A stretch of 64,000 nt of DNA from Squalus acanthias (taxonomy: Eukaryota): assembly GCA_030390025.1 (NCBI GenBank), contig JASTWF010000302.1:434001-498000 (forward strand), in the 5' to 3' direction. A model generated the notes under the pieces. It was not told where the DNA came from. It saw only the letters and a program-made list of their open reading frames with translations, and ran no database searches. How positions within the stretch are numbered: the first letter of the stretch is position 1; every line of letters begins with the position of its first letter. Shown in pieces: positions 34,940 to 45,073 of this stretch. The translations under genes were made by a program, and so were the position numbers.

Positions 34940-35856
34940 TTTTATATATATACTCGATCATGGGATCTGGCCGTCGCTGGCAAGGCCAACATTTATTGCC
35001 CATCCGTAATTGCCCTTGAGAAGGTGGTGGTGAGCCGCCTTCTTGAACCGCTGCAGTCTGTGAGGTGATGGTACTCCCACAGTGCTGTTAAGGAGGGATT
35101 TCCAGGATTTTGACCCAGCGAAGATTAAGGAACGGCGACTTACTTCCAAGTCAGGATGGTGTGGGACTTGGTGGAGAGCTTGAAGGCGTTGGTGTTCCCA
35201 TGCGCCTGCTGCTCTTGTCCTGCTAGGTGGTAGAGGTCGAGGGTTTGGGAGGTGCTGCCAAAGAAGCCATGGCGAGTTGCTACAATGCATCTTGTAGATG
35301 GTACTCACTGCAGCCACAGTACGCCGCGGGTGGAGGAAGTGAAAGTTAAATAGGTGGATCGGGTGCCTATCAAGCGGTCTGCTTTGTCCTGGATGGTGTC
35401 GAGCTTCTTGAGTTTTGTTGGATCTGCACTTATCCAGGCAGGTGGATAGTACTCCATCACACTCCTTCCTTGTCCCTTGTAGATGGTGGAAAGGCATTGT
35501 GGAGTCAGGAGGTGAGACACTCGCCACAGAATACCTAGCCTCTGACCTGCTCTTGTTGCCACAGTATTTATGTGGCCGGTCCAGTTGAGCTTCTAGTCAA
35601 TGGTAATCCCCAGGATGTTGATGGTGGTGGATTCGGCGATGGTAATGCCGTTGAATGTCAAGGGGTGATGGTTAGACTCTCGCTTGTTGGAGATAGTCAT
35701 TACTTGGCACTTGTATGGCGCGAATGTTACCTGCCACTTATCAGTCCAAGACTGAATGTCGTCCAGATCTTGTTGCAAGCGCTCATGGACTGCTTCATTA
35801 TCTGAGCAGTTCCGAATGGCACTGAACACTGTGCAGTCATCAACGAACATCCCCAG
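34940..35856 (-). mobile_element. 3' fragment of the single-ORF CR1-group LINE family
   Basis: GMFVDDCTVF...LQQDLDDIQSWTDKWQVTFAPYKCQ, ILGITID; same 3' tail as 22787-23200. Confidence 0.9.
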
Positions 35857-35959
35857 TTGAGCTGAGGTATTGTCACCTATTCTGGGCAGCACGCTTCAGT
35901 ACAGATGTCAAGGCCTCAGAAATGGTGTCGATGAGATTTATTAAACTGGTTCTATGGGA

Positions 35960-36355
35960 TCAGATACTTCAGTTACGTGCATGACGCAAGCAACTTGGTT
36001 TGTTCTCATCATGCAGAGAGTCTAAAGGGAGATTTGATAAAGCTGCAAAAAATCATGAAGGCTTTCTAAGAGCAAATAAGATGAAAGTGTTTCCAGTGGC
36101 AGTAGGGTCGGGAACCAGAGGACAATGATTTAAGATAATTGGCAAAACATGCAGAGGCGACATGAGGAGATAAACATCGCAGCGACTTGTTATGATCTGG
36201 AATACCCTGCCTGAAAGGGTGATGGAATCGGATTCAATAATATATTTCAGAAGTGAATTCGATGAATCCTTCAAGTGGACATTTTGCAGGATTATGGGGA
36301 AAGAGCAGAGGAGTGGGTCTCATTGGAAGTCTCTTTCAAAGAGCCGGCACAGGCA
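35960..36355 (+). mobile_element. Degenerate CR1-type 3' fragment
   Basis: MIWNTLPERVMESDSIIYFRSEFD and an upstream RGDLI-like remnant. Confidence 0.7.
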
Positions 36356-37006
36356 GCTGTTGTGTCATTCTCAGATTCTAGTTGTTATGCCCTCTTTGAC
36401 CTCCGCGCAAGGTCTGTTAATACCTCCGAAATTTCAACTTCTCTGCTGATCAGATGCACACAACTGACTGTATCGCTTTCTGTGTTTATCTGTGAATGTT
36501 ATTCGATCTCACGTGCACCATGGAACCGCTGCATATAAATTAGATTTAACATAAATTAGTGCAGATAAAGACGCATCTTGAGGTAACTGATATCTAGATG
36601 CAGCTACTATATAATAATATATATGTAATAAATGTGTGCATTTAATACATCAAATTTCCTTGTATAAACCTAGAAATAAATATACACAGCTTAAATAATC
36701 TTGTGCCATGATTGTCGAATTGGAGATTGCGAAATATTGTGTTTGCAATGTATGATGAGATTATTATCCTGCACTCCTTACTCTTTCAACATGCAATATC
36801 ACTGCAAAGTATCCTATTCCCTGGCTAATAGAAGTCAACCCGGTTTGGCCTAATCTGTTTGTTCTAATGACTGTAACTAATGACAATCATTATGTAATGC
36901 TCTTGTGTCGCTTGATGTTTCTTTCAGGTATAAATACGACTTTGTTTGGAAAACAGAAGTTCTGCGATTCCACAACACGAACAGACAAGGTCGCTTCTCT
37001 CCCATA

Positions 37007-38910
37007 ATGGGACAGCCGGTAATCATACAGATAGAAAGAATTTACTATCCGATTCTTGCAGTGATTGGCGTTCCTGGTAAGACGCTTATAATCAGTTAAT
37101 ATTCATCTGTAACACTGTTTCACGGTATCACTGCTCCTGCAGTCGCTCCAATAATATCATCTGTATGTTGGATGTGCTTGATTTATGGACATTGATTATT
37201 GTCACCAAAGAAATAAAACAAAATGCTCTAAGATTCTGCCATATTCCTCTTGGATCGGATTTTGCGGTCGTAATAACGGTGGCGCCTCAGCGCTCACCGT
37301 TTCCTACTTGAACTCGGGCAACAACTTCCTGCGACCGCACCTGCGCAGTTAGATGCGGAAATCAGGAAGTTGCTGTCCGTGATGCCCTGGTCCTCCAAAA
37401 GGGGCGCAATTATAGTATCTCACCAAGAGATTCAAATACATTGAATGACGTGAGGTTGCTGTTCGTAATTGTTGAGCCGGGCAAGGTCATTGCCTGCTGG
37501 CAAGTAGCCGTATAATGTGTGCTTATAGCGCATTCCTGCAGATTTGAAACTGTGCGTTATATTAAATTGGCCATATTTTGCTCTAAAATAATAGTGAAGC
37601 TAATAGCGAACACCGTTATTTTCGTGCAAAATGGACAGTACAATTGGTGACCGCACATGCGCAGTTAAACATAGAAATCTGGAAGTTGCTGACCGAGACG
37701 CTCAGCTCCTCTAAGAGCCTCCCGAAAACGGCATCTCGCCGTCTGAATTACCATTCAAATTCACTGAACTGCGTGAAGTAACTGTACTTACCTCATCGAT
37801 ACGGACTAAACTCACCAGGAACACGCACGGTTTGCCCATTGCAGTGTAAGTACCCTTTTAACGGCGTGGTAAATATTAAATAATTATTTTCCTTCAGTAT
37901 TTAGCAAAGCACAGCCATTCTATTCAGACCCTCCCGTTTACATTAATAGATATTCGACGTTATTGAAAAATTACATTTGAAATGTATTTCTAAATGTCCA
38001 GGCCAGATCCCTACCAGCATCCAAGTTTCGAATAATAATTGTGATTTTATTGCATTACCAGACACATCTGCGATATATTTCCAAAGTTCCCTCTGTCCAT
38101 GCTCAGACCCCATGTAACTCTCACCACTTAACCCGCTGCTGCGATGTAAGCGGCTCCGGAGTGACAAAGTTAAGGCACAATCCAAAATTAAATGTTTTGT
38201 TGAAGTAACTCACAGAATAATTTTATGGCGTATTTCGATATAGAAATTTATCCTGTCAGAATTGCTAATCTTGTCTGATGTCTTTGGAGAAAGATAGTGA
38301 CAGTCAGCGAAGCGATAGAAAATAATCATGGATTTTCATACAAAGCTTTGTAGAATGATCATTTTTCTATATCAGAAGAGTTAGTAATGACATGTCATTC
38401 TTTTTGCAGCTAATTTGGTGACAATTGTGATTCTCTGCCGTGGAAAGTGCGGTCTCTCCAAATGCATCACCCGTTACCTGGTGGCCATGGCAGTGGCTGA
38501 TCTAATGATCCTGATAATTAGTGTAATTCTCGATGATATTAAGGATCTTATTTCCATTATTCGTTCTTGAATTATACTCCTATTTGTAGGCTCAATATCG
38601 CCCTGCATTTTGTTTCCATAGATTGCTCTGTCTGGTTAACTGTGGCTTTCACCTTTGATCGATTTCTTGCTATTTGTTGTCAAAGTTTGCGAACAAAATA
38701 TTGCACCGAAAGGACTGCGGCTGTGGTTATAGCAGCGGTGTGTTCCTTAAGCGGTTTACAAAATGTTCCAATCTGCTTTTTATTTGAACCTCGGGAAATA
38801 ATTGACAATGTTCCATGGTCCTGCTCTGTGAAATCAAGCTTCTATATCTCACCCATATGGGCAGCATATTTGTGGTTCGAAAACATTTTAATCCCATTTG
38901 CACCATTTGT
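37007..38910 (+). pseudogene. GPR139/GPR142-like GPCR pseudogene (exon 1 37007-37076; exon 2 from 38410, truncated at ~38910)
   Basis: MGQPVIIQIERIYYPILAVIGVP|ANLVTIVILCRGKCGLSKCITRYLVAMAVADL, 1-nt frameshift near 38549, then YTPICRL...CSVWLTVAFTFDRFLAICC...KYCTERTAAVVI...PFAPFV; fused directly to a Penelope-like fragment, so most of TM5 through TM7 is missing. Confidence 0.9.
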
Positions 38911-40490
38911 AAAGTGCCTAGTAGAAAGATGATGTGCTGTTCCTCGAGATTACGTTGGGCTTCGTTGGAATAGTGTAAGAGCCCGAGGACGGAGAGATCA
39001 GAGAGGAAGTGGAGCGGAGAATTAAAGTGACAGGCCACCGGAAACTCGGGGTCACCCGTACAGACTGAACGGAGCTGTTCTCCAAAGCGGTCACACAATC
39101 TGCGTTTCTTCTCCCCAATGTAGAGAAGACCACATCGTGAGCAGCGAATGCAGTGTACTAAATTGCAAGAAGTACAAGTGAATCGCTGTTTCACCTGGAA
39201 GGAATGTTTGGGGTCCTGGACAGTGGGAAGTGAGGAGGTGAACGGGCAGGTGCTGCATCTCCTGCGCTTGCACGGGAAGTTGCAGTGGGCAGGGGAAGGG
39301 CTGTTGGGGTGATAGAAGAGTTGTGTGGCGGAGGGAACGGTCCCTTTAGCATGCTGAATACGGAGGGGAGGGGAAGCTGTGTTTAGTGGTGGGACCACGC
39401 TGGCAGTGGCGGATATGGTGGAGGATGATCTATTGACTGTCGAGGTTGGTGGGGTGAAAGGTGAGGACAAGCGGAACCCGATCGTGGTTCTGTGAAGGAG
39501 GGGAATGGGTGAGAGCAGAAGTGTGGGAAATGGAATGGACACGTTCGAGGACCATGTCAACCACGGTAGAGGGGTAACCCTCGGTTGAAGAAAAAGGAAG
39601 ACATATCTGTGGCACTAGTGTGGAAGGTGGCATCGTCCGAACAGCTGGGGTGGAGATGGAGAAACTGAGAGAACAGAATAGAGTCATAAAAGGGAGCAGT
39701 GTGGGAGGAAGTGTACTCCAGATAGCTGTGGGAGTCACTGGGCTCATAGTGGATGATTCTCGATAGCCTAACCCCAGAAATTGAGACAGAGACGTCAATG
39801 AAGTGAAGGGAAGACTCGGAGATGGACTATGTGAAAGTGAGGGAAGGGTGAAAATTGATAGCAAAGTGCATGACATTTTCTAGTTCCAGGCGAGAGGAGG
39901 AAACGTTAGCAATACAGTCAACAGTGTACCAGAAAAAGAGGTGAGGGAGGGGGCCTGATTAGGACTGGAGAAAAGAATGTTCCAAATATCCCACAAAGAG
40001 GCAGGCATAAATAGGACCCATGCGGGTCCTCATAGCAACACCTTTAATTTGGAGGAAGTGAGTGGAGTCAAAGGAGAAGTTGTTAAATGTGAGAATAAGT
40101 TCAGCCAGACGGAGGAGGGCGATCGTGGATGGGGACTGTTTGGGCCTCTGTTCAAAGAAGAATCGGAACACCCTCAGGCCATCCTGGTGGGGGATGGAGG
40201 TGTAAAGGGATTGGACGTCCATAGTGAAAAGGAGACGGTTGGGGCCAGTAAACTGGAATATGTTAAAGTGGCAGAGGGCGTCAGAAGAGTCGCAAATGTA
40301 GGTGGAAAGATGGTGGACAAGGGGAGAAAAACATCAGTTCCGTGTTCTTTTTCCTTTTCTGACGAAGGGTCATTAACTTGAAACGTTAACTCTGTTTCTA
40401 TCTCCACGATACCACCTGACCTGCAGAGTGTTTCCAGCATTTTCTGTTGCTTTTTCAGATTGCCAGCATCCGCAGTATTTTGATTTTGGT
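38910..40490 (-). mobile_element. Older, frameshifted Penelope-like element (RT and GIY-YIG on the minus strand, inverted pLTR piece at ~40335-40490)
   Basis: MDVQSLYTSIPHQDGL, GVAMRTRMGP, LVHCIRCSRCGLLYIGEKKRRL; degenerate hammerhead-like CTGACGA...GAAACGTTAACT at 40359-40391 (+). Confidence 0.92.
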
Positions 40491-40889
40491 TTAATATTTA
40501 CATCTGCCTGTAGCATAAGACAGGCGTTATAGGATTGGATCAAACACACAACATGTTTCGCAGAAACTAAGAAAATCAATTTCAGAAATATATCTGTAGG
40601 TTTTCACTGATCCACCACATTCCGTCAGCAACATGAGTAGTTATCTGTTGAAACCGCTAACTACCCTTGAAATGGCGAGTCTTTCAAATTATGCCACGGG
40701 TGTTTGATCCTTTCAGTGACAATTCCTGCCTGACCTGATATTTTGCTCCCAAGTTGCGATCTTTCAATATGTAACGTGAAATTTGAAATGTTCACCACAT
40801 AGAATAATTAGGTTGAATAAACTTGCTCATCGCCTTCATGGTGTTGGACAATCCAATTGGGTCGCTCCATGTCTGCTCTTTTCGAAGGA

Positions 40890-42520
40890 AACTTCAAACT
40901 CCTTCAAGTTTTTAGATACTTCAATTCGTGTCTGTTACTGGACTAAGACTGTGCACCAACCTATGAGTATTGTCTTATATTTCATCATCCATCTGTCCAA
41001 TTTAGACTTGAATTTTGACATTGTTTATGGTCAAACACTAACCCTACAAGTGAGTTCCACAGCCATACAACCCATTATGTACAGCACTTTCTGCTGCATT
41101 TTGCTCCAAATCTCTTACATTTAATCTGCTTTCGATGACTCCTCATTCTTGGTCACTCAATTATTGGAAACACGCTGCTTATATCTATTCGTTCCCAAAC
41201 TTCCATCATTGTAAACTCATTGAAGTTCAATATTGTCCAACTGAATCAATATTTTTTTAGCATACTTAAATATCTTTGGGTTTCTCCAATAAAACATCAT
41301 TTTAAGCAATCCATCTACTAGGGCATTAACTGATGCGGAGATGCCGGTGTTGGACTGGGGTGGACAAAACTGAGAAGTCGCACAACACCAGGTTATAGTC
41401 CAACAGCTTTATTAGTTGTGCGACTTCTCACTTCAGGGCATTAAAAGCATTCCTTTAATGAACTGTTGCAATAATAATTGAATAGGACAGTTTGGTGCCT
41501 CATATTACATCACATTGTGTTCGATTTTCAAATTACGCCATTAAGCTGGAGTTGCAGATACTACCTGCATTGTAGAAACCGTTTGATTTTCATCACCATT
41601 GATTTCATTGGAAATAAAATTTGGTTGTTTCCACATTGGCTGGCCAATCCATAAAATTAATTTTACCTGGCAGAGGCAATTTGAAAATGTAACTGCAATG
41701 TTGCCCGTCATTACCCGTGTCACCACTACTCGGGAATAATTTGACTTACCTAAGCTGAAGGATATGCTGAGACCTTTTGATTGGTGCATTTGGACAAGGT
41801 CGGGGAAGCAAAACCAATGTTATCGCATCGGTCGCCTGCTGTACAAACCGTCTGATATTCATTTCCGTTGTCTTTAATAGACCTGAATATCAGGCGTGTC
41901 GTATAATGCTCCAGAAATGTGATTCCACCTGTTTTATCGCCCCAACTATGTCCAATGTCCCAGCCAATAGAAGAACAATAGCAGCGTTGCATCAGACCCT
42001 GTGCACTGATCCCAGGCTAAACATAAGCACAGGTACGGCATTACCAGAGGATGTAAAATGCATATCAGCTCTGAACGTATTTCACCTCAAACACATGCTG
42101 GGGGTGCAATCGGCTAACAACCAAAAATATGCGTGGGGATCGCGGTGCATCATTAACCCGCAGCCTTTCATTGTCTTGCAGGCAGCATGGTAAATTCATG
42201 CTGCCTAGTGCTTTACATAAGTTCATCGTGCAGCCACTGCACCCGTGCTGCTCATTGGATTCACGCATGAACAGAGTGTGCATTATCGCCATTGGCGAGC
42301 GCTACTTAAAGGCAGTCTGCAACTCTTAAACGGAAGATGCATTGTGGCAGCAAGAAGTGGTGGGATTCATTTGAAAACTGAATCCTGGCGCTCATAGTTT
42401 GAGCATTAGTTGAACATGCTATAGAACGTGCACCAAGGCTTTCAGACACTGCACTGGTCTTGGTGAAACAGGTGGAAAGAAGCAGAGATATCTCGTCTCC
42501 ACAGGGGGTAGGAGGTTCTC
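40890..42520 (+). repeat. Copy 1 of a locally duplicated block (copy 2 at ~52845-55000)
   Basis: Colinear similarity, e.g. AATTCGTGTCTGTTACTGGACTAAGACTGT vs AATTCGTGTTTGTTGCTGGACTAAGACTGT, continuing into the Harbinger-like sequence. Confidence 0.8.
41330..41434. mobile_element. 105-bp inverted mini-insertion of the second Penelope-like family
   Basis: TSD AGGGCATTAA at 41320-41329 and 41435-41444; sequence matches the ends of 28020-28858; empty site in the paralogue at ~53238. Confidence 0.85.
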
Positions 42521-43560
42521 CAGACTGATGCTCAGCAGACATTGGGAAACAGTAGCGGCGGAGGCCAATACCAGGAGTGTTGATCCTAGAACATGGATGT
42601 CATGCCGGAAGCAGGTTAACGATCTCACACGAGATTTCAAGGTCAGACAGATCTTTTTTCGAATAGCACATCCATTGCAAATCTAGCCTCATCCACTTCT
42701 TAATTTACTAAACCCCATCACGCACCTGCCAACAATCTCGATCAATAAGTACTCAACTCTTCAATTCATATGCTTTACCTCACCCTTAACACTGTTGCAA
42801 GCCTCGCACCCGCAACTTACAGCTCGCACACAATGTCAGCTGTTCAACTATGGCAGCTACCCCAAACAAACATATTGCACGACACTCATTGACATACTTC
42901 CCCCTTTCTTACATGAAGAGGTGGCGTATAACAGCAGGCAGCAGAAAAGAGCTGGAGGAGGACAAGCGCCTGCATGTTTTAACCCCCATGGAGAAGACAG
43001 TGCAGGCCATCATGGGAAGGGGCGTTGCTGAAGCCGTGGCCACTGGCTGGGCTGAAGCAAGTGATGGTGATGGTATCCGCCGAGCTCATCCACCTTCTCT
43101 CATCCCACATCTCCCTCATTCCAAAGTCTCTTTTGACTGAGAAGCTGCAGAAGGTGTAAGAATGCACTTGTTACTTTCTCCCCTCTCATCACCACAACCC
43201 AACCCTCGTCCCTATTTCATTTAAGATATCCAAGAACTGGAACCTGTTCAGTCAGTGGAGGAAGAGGAAAAAAAAGGTGAAGGTGAACAGAAACCGTCAA
43301 TCAATCTTACAGTCGCAGACAACAGCTCAGATATTGGCTCAGCACATATTTTAGTGGCTGGGATAGAGGAGGGGTCTGCACGTGGTGAGACACCGAACAC
43401 AAGTGTGCGGTACTCTGGTTTGGGGGATAGATTAGTACAGGAACCATCTCGCTGGAGGGCGAGGTCACACATTAGTTCTGAGGCAGAGCACTTAGATGAG
43501 GATTTCAATGGGACAGGCTGCAGAAACAGACGGATGGGTGTATACACCGAAATGCTTGTT
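42400..43560 (+). pseudogene. Decayed Harbinger-type Myb/SANT-like gene (second element, 3' part deleted)
   Basis: ERAPRLSDTAL...HWETVAAEANTRSVDPRTWMSCRKQVNDLTRDFK|GTCAG, then VAYNSRQQKRAGGGQA..LTPMEKTVQAIMG; exon layout parallels 19334-20070. A truncated homologue lies at ~54890-55000. Confidence 0.75.
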
Positions 43561-44078
43561 GCACTAATGACGTAAGCGGATCTGGTAACGGAAGTTCGGT
43601 TATACATGCAGTAGAATTAAAAGTTCGACCGAAAATTCCCCTCACTAGGAATAAAACACAATCACGGGAAGGACAAAATACAACCCACGTCACTTGCCCG
43701 AAACATACCCCGCGACCGAACAATGAGCTAGTGGTACTCCCAACTCGGATGATATTGTACCATGATGTGCATCACGAGGTGGTGCCAGTGATATTGAATC
43801 TCACTGAACTGGGACTGCCGAACTGTTGCAAGCCACAGACAGCTCAGTTATATGGGAGGTTCATGAGGGAATTAATAACAAGATTTTGGGAAAGGGCCAG
43901 CATAAAAGTGGCGGAATCGGAATTAGAGCCGTTCTATCACATGAGCCCTAAGGAGGTTAATGGACTTAACAATAACTTTGGGGAAAATAGTACTGTGATC
44001 ATTGAAGAAAACTAAATAACAACAGAAAACGCTGGAAAAACTCAGCAGGCCAGGCAGCATCCGTGGAGAGAGAAAGAG

Positions 44079-44115
44079 AGTTGACGTTTCAGGTCGATGA
44101 CCTTTCATCAGAACT
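44079..44115 (-). ncRNA. Minimal hammerhead ribozyme motif (inverted pLTR copy)
   Basis: Exact reverse complement of 45037-45073. Confidence 0.75.
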
Positions 44116-45036
44116 GGGAAGAGCTGGAAATCAAATAGATTTAAGGCCAGGGTAAAGCTGGGAAAAGGGGGAGGGGATAAAGGAACAAAGGAGGAGATGA
44201 AGAGACATTAAGAGACATTAAGAGATATGCAAGGCTAGAGGTGGTGTTAATGTGACAGATTAAGGCTGAATGAAGTGTGAAATCTACTGGCAGAATGAAG
44301 GACAGCTGCCAGCTTCTAGGAGGAAAAAAAAGGTGGGGGGGACAAATAAAAGGGTGGATAAAATAAAATATAAATGTGATTGGAGCTGAGGTTATGATCT
44401 AAAATTGTTGAACTCGATATTGAGTCCAGAGGGCTGTAGCGTGCCTAAACGAAAGATGAGGTGCTGTTCCTCGAGCTTACGCTGAGCTTCCGTGGAACAG
44501 TGTATTAGGCCGAGGACGGTGAGGTCAGAGTGGGAGTGAAGCGGTGAATTAAAGTGACAGGCCACCGGGAGCTCGGGGTCCCCCTTACGGACTGAACGGA
44601 GGTGTTCCGCAAAGCGGTCACCCAATCTGCGTTTGGTCTCCCCAATGTAGAGGAGTCCACATCGTGAGCAGCGAATACAGTATACTAAATTGCAGGAAGT
44701 ACAAGTAAATCGCTGTTTCACCTGGAAGGGGTGTTTGGGGCCCTGGACAGTGGGAAGAGGGGAGGTATAAGGGCATGTGTTGCATGTATTTCATCCACCC
44801 TTTTATTTGTCCCCCCCACCTTTTTTTTCCTCCTAGAAGCTGGCAGCTGTCCTTCATTCTGCCAGTAGATTTCACACTTCATTCAGCCTTAATCTGTCAC
44901 ATTAACACCACCTCTAGCCTTGCATATCTCTTAATGTCTCTTAATGTCTCTTCATCTCCTCCTTTGTTCCTTTATCCCCTCCCCCTTTTCCCAGCTTTAC
45001 CCTGGCCTTAAATCTATTTGATTTCCAGCTCTTCCC

Positions 45037-45073
45037 AGTTCTGATGAAAGGTCATCGACCTGAAACGTCAACT
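45037..45073 (+). ncRNA. Minimal type I hammerhead ribozyme motif (5' pLTR)
   Basis: AGTT-CTGATGA-A-AGGTC ATC GACCT-GAAA-CG-TC-AACT: stem I AGUU/AACU, stem II AGGUC/GACCU, palindromic stem III ACGU, predicted cleavage after GUC (45069). Confidence 0.78.
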
